Source: an uncultured Solirubrobacterales bacterium (GTDB lineage: Bacteria; Actinomycetota; Thermoleophilia; Solirubrobacterales; 70-9). Taken from it: 64,000 nucleotides of DNA. Below, piece after piece: positions 45,141 through 53,761 of the stretch (positions are counted from its first letter, which is position 1; the number at the start of each line of letters is the position of its first letter). The DNA lies in NCBI GenBank assembly GCA_963729505.1, contig CAVSOA010000001.1, forward strand, positions 14,342 to 78,341, given 5' to 3'. The notes beneath the pieces were generated by a model. The model ran no database searches. It saw only the letters and a program-made list of their open reading frames with translations, and was not told the DNA's origin. The position numbers and the translations under genes were made by a program.

Positions 45141-46480
45141 CCGCTCACCCCGAAGATCGACAGGTGGATGAAGCCGCCGGCCAGCCCCATGATGGCGCCG
45201 TGCGCGTAGAGCATCCACTCATCTTCCTTGATCGCCGAGCGCATCATCTCCACGAAGTCGGCCGAGCGGCAGCTCCTTCGTGCGCTCCGCGATCAGGCTG
45301 TAGATCTTCTCGCTCTGCTGTTCCGAGAACTCGGGGTCCTTGAACGCGGTCATCGTGTGCCCGCCCGCCTCCTGCGCGACCGAGTCACGGATCGTGTCGT
45401 ACTCGCGCGTCCCCACCGCCACGCGCACGGCCGCCCGGACCGGGCCCGCGGCCTGGTCGATCGCGGGCCCGAGCTCGTCGGTGAGGAGCTGTCGCGTGCG
45501 GTCGCCGCGGGGGCCGTCGAGCAGGAAGTCACCGATGTTCTCGAGGGTCAGGACGTCGTCGGCGATGATCTGCGCGTATACCTCGGCGGCCTCGTCCTGA
45601 CGGCGCAGGAACAGCCCGTGGACCTTGACGCCGAGGAACCGCTTGGGCTCGGTCGGCTCGAAGATCAGCTGCATCCCCAGCAGGTTGGTGGTCCAGCCGA
45701 CGAACACGCCGAGGATCGGCAACAGCCACCACTGGTGGAACGTGTGGTCGAGGAACGCCACGGGGATGCCGAGGAGGAAGCCGAACACGAACCCGAAGGC
45801 GATCATCAGGTTCAGCTCCTTCTGGCCGAAGTCGCGGAAGATCCGGACGACCAGCTCGGGGTTCCGCTGGAACTGGTCGATGACCATGATCTTCGGGTCG
45901 AGGAGCTGGTCGATGTGCTCGCCGATCTCGTCCATCAGCTTCTGGACGATCCCGGGCAGCTGCTGCTGGACGCGTGAGTACACCGCCTCCTTGCCCCGAT
46001 CGGGCACGTTGGCCCACATGCCGGGGTGCTCGCGCTGCATCGTCTCGTCGACGATCCTCGGGATCTCCGGGCTAGAACAGCGTGACGATGTGGTCAGCGA
46101 CCTTCTCGGGCTCGAGCTGCTGGTAGAACTCGCCCGGCGTCCCCAGCTTCGCGATCGCCTTGTCGACGGCGATCGAGCCCATCTTCGCGGCGCGTGCCGG
46201 GACGATGCCCTGCCAGCCGACGCCGCCCTGCATGATCCCCGGGACCTCCTGCAGGCGGTGGGGGAGCAGGGTCGAGAGGTCCTTGCAGGCCAGGGACGGT
46301 GAACCCGTGAAAGCGGATCGGGTTGAAGAGCATCCAGACGCCGCTCCAGTTGATCAGCCATCCGATGACCCCCGTGAAAATGGGGATCGTGGCCAGTTGG
46401 ATCCACTCGCTGGTGCTCAACCCTCGATCAATGTCCTCGTCCCGCGGCGCGGAGGCGCCGCGAGCGGAACATAGCTGCAA
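45137..46480 (-). pseudogene. DUF445-like membrane protein (at least 3 frame changes)
   Basis: Pieces lie in ORFs 46094-46480 (IQLATIPIFTGVIGWLINWSGVWMLFNPIRFHG) and 45219-46406 (NLMIAFGFVFGFLLGIPVAFLDHTFHQWWLLPILGVFVGWTTNLLGMQLIFEP). A terminal frame gives DEWMLYAHGAIMGLAGGFIHLSIFGVSG*. The start is uncertain. Confidence 0.5.
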
Positions 46481-46521
46481 ATCGCGGCCCCCGGACCCGG
46501 TTCCGGGCCGCGTGGGCGCGC

Positions 46522-47139
46522 TTAGGAGGGAGCGAACCCGGTGGGCGCCTTCGTCAGCTCGTGGCGCTCGACGATCCGGTCGGCGAGCCCGTACTCCACG
46601 GCGTCGGAGGCAGAGAGGAAGTTGTCGCGCTCCTGGTCGCGGTGGAGCTCCTCGAGCTCGCGACCCGTGTGCCGCGCGTAGATCTCGTCGATCCGCTCGC
46701 GCTGCGCCATCACCTCCCGGGCGTGGATCTCGATATCGCTCGATTGGCCCTGGAAGCCGCCGGAGGGCTGATGGATCAGCACGCGCGCGTTCGGGAGGAC
46801 CATCCGCTTGCCGGCGGCGCCGCCGGCCAGCAGCAGCGCCCCCATCGACATCCCGATGCCGAAGCAGATCGTCTGCACGTCGGGCCGCACGTACTGCATC
46901 GCGTCGTAGATCCCGAGCCCTGCGTACACGGCCCCTCCCGGCGAGTTGATGTACAGGGAGATGTCCTTCTCCGGGTCCTCGGCCTCGAGGTGGATCATCT
47001 GGGCAACGATCAGGTTCGCGATCTGATCGTCGACCGCCTGGCCCAGGAAGACGATCCGCTCCGAGAGCAGGCGGGAGTAGATGTCGAACGAGCGCTCGCC
47101 GCGAGCTGTCTGCTCGACGACCATGGGGATTGTTGGCAC
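46522..47139 (-). CDS. clpP: ATP-dependent Clp protease proteolytic subunit
   Basis: Intact. GTG 47139 follows [39 protein letters not shown]. Ser in [11 protein letters not shown], His in VLIHQPSGG, Asp in QERDNFLSA. Confidence 0.9.
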   Translation of the reverse strand: MPTIPMVVEQTARGERSFDIYSRLLSERIVFLGQAVDDQIANLIVAQMIHLEAEDPEKDISLYINSPGGAVYAGLGIYDAMQYVRPDVQTICFGIGMSMGALLLAGGAAGKRMVLPNARVLIHQPSGGFQGQSSDIEIHAREVMAQRERIDEIYARHTGRELEELHRDQERDNFLSASDAVEYGLADRIVERHELTKAPTGFAPS

Positions 47140-47158
47140 GGGGTTCCTTTCGGTATGT

Positions 47159-47213
47159 GCAACCTTTGAGTTGCGCGTTGTCGGTACGCTAGCATTCGCA
47201 ACCAAGCAGTTGC
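47159..47213. promoter_or_regulatory. Two GCAAC-N6-GTTGC palindromes in the clpP / SRPBCC-arsR divergent region (candidate ArsR operators)
   Basis: GCAAC(47159-63)-ctttga-GTTGC(47170-74) and GCAAC(47198-202)-caagca-GTTGC(47209-13), read directly from the sequence. Confidence 0.4.
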
Positions 47214-47237
47214 ACATTGCACCGAGGAGGTCGAGCG

Positions 47238-47636
47238 ATGGAGTTGGAGCGCAGGGTCGAGCGGGAGCGGGTATTCGATGCGGAGCCCGCCGAGGTCTGG
47301 GAGGCGCTCACCGACGAGGCGCTCCTGCGCGAGTGGCTCGGCGACGACGTCTCCCTGGAGCCCTACGAGGGCGGTGAGCTTCACGTCCGTGACGGTGGCG
47401 TGGAGCGTGATGGGACCATCGAACGAGTGGAGGAGGGCCGGACGCTCGCCTTCACCTGGTCGCGCGACGGCGAGATCCCGAGCTCGGTCGAGCTGACGCT
47501 CGAGCCCGCGGTCTCAGGCACGCGCCTGCGCGTGGTCGAGCGGGCCGGCGCGGGACCGATGGCTTCCACCGCCGGGCCGCTGTGGGAGATGCGCCTCGGG
47601 GGGCTGGCGAAGCTGCTGACGCTCGCCCTGGTGTGA
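47238..47636 (+). CDS. SRPBCC/AHSA1-like domain protein
   Basis: Intact. Motif: [44 protein letters not shown]. It is paired with ArsR, a common arrangement. Confidence 0.65.
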   Translation: MELERRVERERVFDAEPAEVWEALTDEALLREWLGDDVSLEPYEGGELHVRDGGVERDGTIERVEEGRTLAFTWSRDGEIPSSVELTLEPAVSGTRLRVVERAGAGPMASTAGPLWEMRLGGLAKLLTLALV

Positions 47637-47944
47637 GCGATTCGGTCTTCACCGCGCTGGCCGACCCGACCCGGCGGCGCATGATCGAGACCCTGGCCTC
47701 GGGCGAGGCGGCGACGGCCACCGGACTGGCGCGCGGTCTGCCCATCACCCGCCAGGCCGTGGCTAAGCACCTCGGCGCGCTGCGGGACGCCCGGCTCGTG
47801 AGCGCAGACCGCGTGGGCCGGGAGACCCGCTACCGCCTCGAGCCGCAGCCGCTCGCCGACGCGGCGAGGTGGATCGCCGCGGTGGGCGGGGAGTGGGATT
47901 CACGCCTGGCCGACCTCGAACGCGTACTCGCCAACCGGCGCTGA
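47633..47944 (+). CDS. ArsR/SmtB-family transcriptional regulator
   Basis: GTGA overlap with the upstream stop. Motif: FTALADPTRRRMIETLASGEAATATGLARGLPITRQAVAKHLGALRDARLV. Confidence 0.8.
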   Translation: MSDSVFTALADPTRRRMIETLASGEAATATGLARGLPITRQAVAKHLGALRDARLVSADRVGRETRYRLEPQPLADAARWIAAVGGEWDSRLADLERVLANRR

Positions 47945-48022
47945 CTGTCGATCTGGGCCTCCCCCGTTCGTCTATAGGGTGAGAGCGGCGATCGGCGCCG
48001 CCCGAGACCTAGGAGGTTTCAG

Positions 48023-48421
48023 ATGAAGTACATGCTGATCATCGTCGGCCCGGAGACAGGCCAGAACGAGGAGATGAGCCCAGACCAGATGCGCGAGGTC
48101 ATGGGCGCATGGAACGACTACACGCAGGCCCTGGTCGGGGCCGGCGCGTTCGTGGCCGGCGACGGGCTTCAGCCCAGCGCGACGGCGACGACCGTGCTGC
48201 GCACGGAGGACGACGAGCGCATCGTCAGCGACGGCCCCTTCGCGGAGACGAAGGAGCAGGTCGGTGGCTTCTACGTGATCGACTGCGCCAACCTCGACGA
48301 GGCGCTCGAGTGGACGAAGAAGATGCCCGTGCGGCCCGGCAACAGCGTCGAGGTCCGGCCGGTGATGGACTACGGCGACTCCGCCTACGAGGATCCCGCC
48401 GAGGCGAAGGCCACCGCGTAG
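48023..48421 (+). CDS. YciI-like (DGPF domain) protein
   Basis: Intact. Starts after AGGAGG. Motif: MKYMLIIVGPE...RIVSDGPFAETKEQVGGFYVIDCANLDEALEW. Confidence 0.8.
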   Translation: MKYMLIIVGPETGQNEEMSPDQMREVMGAWNDYTQALVGAGAFVAGDGLQPSATATTVLRTEDDERIVSDGPFAETKEQVGGFYVIDCANLDEALEWTKKMPVRPGNSVEVRPVMDYGDSAYEDPAEAKATA

Positions 48422-49677
48422 AGGCCTCCAGCGAGCGGATCGACCGCCTGTTCCGACACGAGTCGGGGCGGGCGGTCGCCACTCTGATCCGCGTCCTCGG
48501 CGACTTCGACCTCGCGGAGGAGGCGGTCCAGGAGGCCTTCATGACCGCGCTCGAGCGCTGGCCCGACGACGGCGTGCCCGACGACCCGGCCGCGTGGATC
48601 ATCCGCGTCGGGCGCAACAAGGCGATCGACAGGATCCGCCGGGAGAGCACGCTCGCGGAGAAGCGCAAGCTGGTCGAGCGGCTCGAGCCGCCGCCCTCGG
48701 ACCAAACGCAGGCCGAGGTGCTGGACGCCGAGGAGCTGCCGGACGACCGCCTGCGACTGATCTTCACGACCTGCCATCCGGCGCTGGCGATCGAGGCCCG
48801 GGTGGCGCTCACCCTGCGGACGCTCGGCGGCCTGACCACGGCCGAGATCGCCCGGGCGCTGCTGACGACGGAGAGCACGATGGCCCAGCGCCTTGTTCGG
48901 GCCAAGCGCAAGATCCGCGACGCCGCGATCCCGTACGAGGTCCCTCCGCTCGAGGCGCTGCCGGAGCGCCGCCCCGCCGTCCTGGCGACGCTCTACCTCG
49001 TCTTCAACGAGGGCTACGCCGCGGCCAGCGGCGACGAGCTGATCCGCCATGAGCTGTGCGCCGAGGCGATCCGGCTCGTCCGGGTCCTGGACGAGGTCAT
49101 GCCGGGCGAGCCCGAGGTTCAGGGGCTGCTGGCGCTGATGCTCCTCCACGACGCGCGCCGCGAGGGCCGCACGGACGAGCGCGGCGCGATCGTCCTGCTG
49201 GCCGACCAGGACCGCTCCCTGTGGGACCGCGAGCAGATCGCCGAGGGGGCTCGGCTGACCGGGCTGGCGCTGGGGCCGGCCCGGCCGACGGGGTCGCGTC
49301 CGCCCGGCCCCTACGCGCTGCAGGCCGCGATCGCGGCCGAGCACGCGACGGCACCCACGGCGGCGGACACCGACTGGGCGCGGATCCGCCACCTGTACGA
49401 CTGGCTCGCGCTGGTCGACCCCTCTCCTGTGATCGCCCTCAACCGGGCGGTCGCCGTGGCCATGGCCGAATCGCCGGAGCGCGGCCTCGAGGAGATCGAC
49501 GCGATCGATGGCCTGGACGCCTATCTGCACCTGCACTCGGCGCGCGGCGACCTGCTGGAGCGCGCGGGCCGCCGGCCCGAGGCGCGGGCGGCGTTCGTCC
49601 GCGCGCTCGAGCTGGCGACCAGCCCGGTCGAGCGCTCGTTCCTCGAGCGACGGATCGCCGCCCTGGGGGCGGCCTGA
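48418..49677 (+). CDS. ECF-type sigma-70 factor with a long C-terminal extension (YciI-associated type)
   Basis: ORF 48109-49677 from about 48418. Motifs: IDRLFRHESGRAVATLIRVLGDFDLAEEAVQEAFMTALERWP, WIIRVGRNKAIDRIRRE (region 2), LTLRTLGGLTTAEIARALLTTESTMAQRLVRAKRKIR (region 4). No ATG/GTG/TTG is visible at the expected start (GTA at 48418). Confidence 0.8.
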   Translation, partial: VEASSERIDRLFRHESGRAVATLIRVLGDFDLAEEAVQEAFMTALERWPDDGVPDDPAAWIIRVGRNKAIDRIRRESTLAEKRKLVERLEPPPSDQTQAEVLDAEELPDDRLRLIFTTCHPALAIEARVALTLRTLGGLTTAEIARALLTTESTMAQRLVRAKRKIRDAAIPYEVPPLEALPERRPAVLATLYLVFNEGYAAASGDELIRHELCAEAIRLVRVLDEVMPGEPEVQGLLALMLLHDARREGRTDERGAIVLLADQDRSLWDREQIAEGARLTGLALGPARPTGSRPPGPYALQAAIAAEHATAPTAADTDWARIRHLYDWLALVDPSPVIALNRAVAVAMAESPERGLEEIDAIDGLDAYLHLHSARGDLLERAGRRPEARAAFVRALELATSPVERSFLERRIAALGAA

Positions 49678-49728
49678 CTCAGTCCGACGAGTCGCCGGAG
49701 CGCTCGAGCTCCGCATCGCCTGCGAATA

Positions 49729-49776
49729 GCCGCTTTGCATCGAAAGCGCAATGTTTCGCGAGATACTGCGCGGGCG
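49729..49776 (+). promoter_or_regulatory. Conserved 5' element of the SnoaL-like family: hairpin plus GATACT -10-like box exactly 9 nt before the ATG (copy 1)
   Basis: GCCGCTTTGCATCGAAAGCGC is at 49729-49. GATACT is at 49762-67, followed by 9 nt and ATG 49777. The same GATACT-N9-ATG geometry occurs at 51729/51744 and 61833/61848. Confidence 0.4.
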
Positions 49777-50178
49777 ATGTCGGAGGAGAACCTGGAGATC
49801 GTGCGCCGCTCCACCGCCGCGTACAACCGTGGCGACATCGACGGGATCTTGGAGAGCTGGGCGCCCGATGCCGTGCTGGATTGGTCTAACTCTCACGGCG
49901 TCGAGGCGGGCGTCTTTCGGGGGCACGCCGAGATCCGCGCGTATACGCAGCGTTTCCTCGGGACGTTCGAAGAGGTCCGCCTCGAGCTCGTGGATCTCGT
50001 GGAGGTCAAGGAGGGGCTCGTGCTCATGGAGAACGTCGCACATGTTCGAGGACGGGACGGCATCGAAACCAAGGCCCGAAGCGCCTGGCTGATCGAGATT
50101 CGGAACGGCGAGCAGACCTCGCTTACGCTCTACCAGACGAGACAAGAGGCCCTCGAAGCCGCCGGCCTGGCGGAGTAG
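49777..50178 (+). CDS. SnoaL/NTF2-like (ketosteroid-isomerase-fold) protein, family copy 1
   Basis: MSEENLEIVRRSTAAYNRGDIDGILESWAPDAVLDW...SLTLYQTRQEALEAAGLAE*. Intact. Confidence 0.75.
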   Translation: MSEENLEIVRRSTAAYNRGDIDGILESWAPDAVLDWSNSHGVEAGVFRGHAEIRAYTQRFLGTFEEVRLELVDLVEVKEGLVLMENVAHVRGRDGIETKARSAWLIEIRNGEQTSLTLYQTRQEALEAAGLAE

Positions 50179-50181
50179 GCG

Positions 50182-50589
50182 ATGTCGCAGGAGAACGTTG
50201 AGATCATTCGTCGCCTGGTGGATGCTTGGAACCGGCAGGACATCGAGGGCATCCTCGTCTCGGTCCACCCTGAGGGCGAGTACGTGAATGCCCCCGCGGC
50301 CGTTGAGCCAGGGACCAGGCGAGGGCACGACGAAATCGTCGCCGTAATGCGTACGCAGTGGGAGATCCTGTCCGGTGCCATGCAGGAGATCGACCGATTC
50401 CACGACCGGGGCGACAAGATCATTACCGAGGGCCATGTCTCTCGGACGATGCCTGGCAGCGAGGCCCGGATCAGCAACCCGCTCCTCATCTCGTGGAGGT
50501 TCCGCGATGGAAAAATCATCCGGCTCGAAATGCTGGGCGCTGGCCCCGAATTTGCTGACGCCCTCGAGGCCGCCGGGCTACGGGAGTAG
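50182..50589 (+). CDS. SnoaL/NTF2-like protein, family copy 2 (tandem, 3 nt after copy 1)
   Basis: MSQENVEIIRRLVDAWNRQDIEGIL...GKIIRLEMLGAGPEFADALEAAGLRE*. Intact. Confidence 0.75.
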   Translation: MSQENVEIIRRLVDAWNRQDIEGILVSVHPEGEYVNAPAAVEPGTRRGHDEIVAVMRTQWEILSGAMQEIDRFHDRGDKIITEGHVSRTMPGSEARISNPLLISWRFRDGKIIRLEMLGAGPEFADALEAAGLRE

Positions 50590-50960
50590 GCCCGCCTCCT
50601 CGACGCGCCCCCGCCTGGGTGAGAAAGTTGGCGAGAACGCAGCAATGCAACGGAAGGGGACTCGCGTGTTGGAAGGGATTTGCGATCGCCTCGCCCATAG
50701 CGTCGATCCACGGGGTCCACGAGAAAGATGAGTGGCGGTATGCGCGCGCAGCTTCGGCGCAGGCGGCGGTGTATGAGGGGAAGATCAAGGGTCAACCCAG
50801 CAGCACGGTCGACCTGACATTCGTCAAGGAGGACGGAAAGCGGTTCCTCGATGATGTCTTCCTGTCCTCCCGTAGCCAGCCGGGCGGCGTGGCTCGCGCC
50901 CCCTTGACAGCGCCGCCGCCAGCGCCGAGACTGACGGGCACTCGATCGAAGGGACTGGCC

Positions 50961-51656
50961 ATGATCGGATCGATCCGGCGGCAGCTGAGCTACGCGAACG
51001 TGATGTCGACGCTCGCGGTGTTCCTCGCTCTGGGGGGCGGGCTCGCCTGGGCGCTCGCCAACAACACCGTGAAGTCGCGGCACATCGTGAACGACCAGGT
51101 GAAGCCCGCGGACGTTCGCGACGACACGCTGCCCGGGGGTGGGCTGGGAAGCGCGGACGTGGCCTCGGAGGCGCTGACCGGCGGCGACATCGACGAGAGC
51201 ACGCTCGGACAGGTCCCCACGGCCGACAGCGCCGGGGATGCCGCGGCCCTCGGCGGCATCGGGCCGGGCGGGTTCGTACAGGGGAGCGCGGCCTTCTACT
51301 CGGGCCGAGAGAACGTCCCGAACAACGGGAACACGGTCAACGTTCTGGACATCCCTGAGATCGGCCAGTTCAACGCCGCCTGCAACGGCTCGAACGAGCT
51401 CATCTTGTCGTTCTTCAATGACAGCGGCTCGACGATCTCGCTCACGCTTGACGACGGCGCCGCAGACCCCTCTGTGAGCACCTTTCCCAACAACACAGGA
51501 AGCGCCTCGCTGCCCGTCAGCGGGGCGGAGCGGCTACTTATGCAGGCTGGCCGCGACTCGGGCGCGAGCCATGATCTCGCGACGATCATCATGACCGGCC
51601 AGGAGGGGGCGAACCCCTGCGTGGCGCAGGCGCAGGCGATCGTTCACACGAACTGA
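50961..51656 (+). CDS. N-terminally anchored hypothetical protein
   Basis: ATG 50961 follows AAGGGA. MIGSIRRQLSYANVMSTLAVFLALGGGLAWA is a TM/signal-like segment, followed by a Gly/Asp/Ser-rich region. The upstream part of ORF 50619-51656 is probably non-coding. Confidence 0.5.
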   Translation: MIGSIRRQLSYANVMSTLAVFLALGGGLAWALANNTVKSRHIVNDQVKPADVRDDTLPGGGLGSADVASEALTGGDIDESTLGQVPTADSAGDAAALGGIGPGGFVQGSAAFYSGRENVPNNGNTVNVLDIPEIGQFNAACNGSNELILSFFNDSGSTISLTLDDGAADPSVSTFPNNTGSASLPVSGAERLLMQAGRDSGASHDLATIIMTGQEGANPCVAQAQAIVHTN

Positions 51657-51743
51657 GCGCTACTTCACGAGGGGTGATGTAGTCACAGACGACCCGTATA
51701 CAAGCGGCCCGCTCTCAGCGGATCGCGAGATACTGAAGAGGCG

Positions 51744-52178
51744 ATGTCGCAGGAGAACGTCGACCTTGTGCGCCGTTGGTATGGAGCCCTCGCACGAATG
51801 CTCTCCGCCTACTCCGCTGCCCCCGGCCGGATCGAGGACGCGCCATTCCTCGATGAGGTGTTCGCCCTGGCCGACGAGGACATCGAGTGGAGGTGGCCAC
51901 TCACGCCAGAGTCCTTTCGCGGCCGCGATGGGCTGCTGCGGGCGGCAGCCGACTGGCTGGAGACCGTGGACGAGTGGCAGATCGAGCTCGAAGACGTCGT
52001 CGATGCCGGCGAGCGGGTGCTCGCATCCCAGCTCGTTCGCGCCCGGGGCAAGGGCAGCGGAGCGCCGACCGACCAGCATGTCTTCACCGTGATCACCTTC
52101 CGCGATAACCGCATCCTTCGCCTGGACGACTACCTCGATCGTCGCGAAGCGCTGAACGCGGCCGGGCTCGGGAAGTAA
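51744..52178 (+). CDS. SnoaL/NTF2-like protein, family copy 3
   Basis: MSQENVDLVRRWYGALA...ITFRDNRILRLDDYLDRREALNAAGLGK*. Intact. Confidence 0.75.
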   Translation: MSQENVDLVRRWYGALARMLSAYSAAPGRIEDAPFLDEVFALADEDIEWRWPLTPESFRGRDGLLRAAADWLETVDEWQIELEDVVDAGERVLASQLVRARGKGSGAPTDQHVFTVITFRDNRILRLDDYLDRREALNAAGLGK

Positions 52179-52264
52179 GGAATAGCGAGCGGCGGACGCC
52201 CGCTGCGTACTTCCAGGTGCGATAGCACCCAATAAGACGCAGTCGTCGGAGCGGCCGGGACTTA

Positions 52265-52286
52265 GCTGCTTCTCGTCCAAAGCGAC
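52265..52286. repeat. Member of a 5-copy intergenic hairpin family, GCYGCTT(T)-N6-8-(A)AAGCGR
   Basis: Copies: 49729-49749 GCCGCTTTGCATCGAAAGCGC; 52265-52286 GCTGCTTCTCGTCCAAAGCGAC; 53673-53693 GCTGCTTTCCATGGAAAGCGG; 61802-61822 GCCGCTTTGCATGGAAGCGAC; 62258-62280 GCCGCTTAGGACGAGAAGCGGAC. The reverse complement of the last copy shares GCTTCTCGTCC(T/A)AAGCG with the 52265 copy. Confidence 0.6.
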
Positions 52287-52394
52287 CATCGCAGGGCCCA
52301 TCGCGAGGGCAAGCAGGCCCAGCGAGGTCTCGCGCGAATCGAGAGCAAGGCCTGACGAGGTCGGCCGGGCTCGGCCTCCGTTCCGGAGTTGGGG

Positions 52395-53600
52395 CTAGCC
52401 GAGCGACGCCTCGATCTGCTCTGAGGCTCGCGCGGCACCATCCTCCCGAGCGATTCGCTCCGATAGCTCACCCGCCCGGTCACGCATGGCGGGGTCTTGG
52501 ATGCCCGCGCGGATCGCGGCGGCGAGCCGCTCCGCGGTCAGCTTCTTCGCTGGCAATGGCTCGGGGCCCGCGCCCGCGCGGTGAACCGCCGCGCCCCAGA
52601 ATGGTTGGTCGCCCTGAAACGGGCAGACGACTGTGGGCCGCCCCGCAAGCAGTCCGGCAGCGGTCGTTCCCGCGCCTCCGTGATGGACCACGGCGGCAAC
52701 CCGTGGAAACAGCCACCGATGTGGCGCGCGCTCAGTCACGATGCTGTCGCCGCCAACGTGGCCGTCGACGAGCCCACCCCAACCCGTCGCAATCACAGCG
52801 CGTGCACCCGCCTCGCGCAAGGCTTGGGCCACTATCGCGCTCAACCGGGCGGGATCCGGACCGACGCTGCTCCCGAAACCGACATAAACGGGCGGCGCGC
52901 CCGCGGCGACGAACGCTTCGAGCCCGGGGTCAACCGGCTCGTTCCCGCGATCCTCGCGAAACCAATAGCCCGTCGCCACCGTATCCGGCGGCCAATCGCC
53001 GGGCGTTGGAACGAGGCTCGGGCTGTAGCAGTACAAGGTCCTGGCCGGGGCCGGCGGATCGCCGCGAGGCGCGAGGCCGAGGTGGTCTTCGCGCCAGCTG
53101 CGGATCAAGCCCGCGTAGGGACGGGTCAACAGTCCGAGGAGGCGGTAACTCGCGCGATTGAGCACTCCGCCGAGGTCATGACGGACCAAGGCGGGTAGCG
53201 GAAAGTCGCGGGTCGGCGTCAGCATTGGGACCGTGAGCGCCTGCACGTGCGGGATGCCGAGCTTTTCCGCGATGTGCGGAGCCGCAAGTGTCTTCTGATG
53301 GGCGACGATCGCCTCGGGTCGATGGGCTTTCGCAACCGCCCAGCTGTCCTCGAGCATTCCCTGAATCACCCGGAAGGCGTCATCCTTGGACGGGCGCTTT
53401 TGCTCTGGTGTCGGTACGAGCGACTGAAAGTCGGCGCGGATCGGCGCGAACTCGACGCCATTGCTGGGAGCGAGCCGCGCGAAGCCGGCGTCAGCCGTGA
53501 ACGTGACCGTGTGACCGCGCCCGGCAAGGTTCGCGGCGAGCGCCGCGAATGGCTCGACATCCCCAGTGCTTCCTGCGGTGAGAACCATGATCTTGGCCAT
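52395..53600 (-). CDS. GT1-family UDP-glycosyltransferase (sterol/macrolide glycosyltransferase-like)
   Basis: Intact 401-aa ORF. Motifs: MVLTAGSTGDVEPFAALAANLAGRGH, VYVGFGS, VVHHGGAGTTAAGLLAGRPTVVCPFQGDQPFW (UDP-sugar binding signature). Confidence 0.8.
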   Translation of the reverse strand: MAKIMVLTAGSTGDVEPFAALAANLAGRGHTVTFTADAGFARLAPSNGVEFAPIRADFQSLVPTPEQKRPSKDDAFRVIQGMLEDSWAVAKAHRPEAIVAHQKTLAAPHIAEKLGIPHVQALTVPMLTPTRDFPLPALVRHDLGGVLNRASYRLLGLLTRPYAGLIRSWREDHLGLAPRGDPPAPARTLYCYSPSLVPTPGDWPPDTVATGYWFREDRGNEPVDPGLEAFVAAGAPPVYVGFGSSVGPDPARLSAIVAQALREAGARAVIATGWGGLVDGHVGGDSIVTERAPHRWLFPRVAAVVHHGGAGTTAAGLLAGRPTVVCPFQGDQPFWGAAVHRAGAGPEPLPAKKLTAERLAAAIRAGIQDPAMRDRAGELSERIAREDGAARASEQIEASLG

Positions 53601-53761
53601 GCCCGGTGATCGTAGATGAGCCGGGATAGGGTCAAGCCGGGGAAGGGGGAGGCTGTGCGGTGATGCGGACTAGCTGCTTTCCATGGAAAGCGGAACACTC
53701 CAACCCGGCTCGTTGGTGCCTTCACGGCCGGCTAGGCGCCCTGCTGGCCGGCCGGTTGGTC

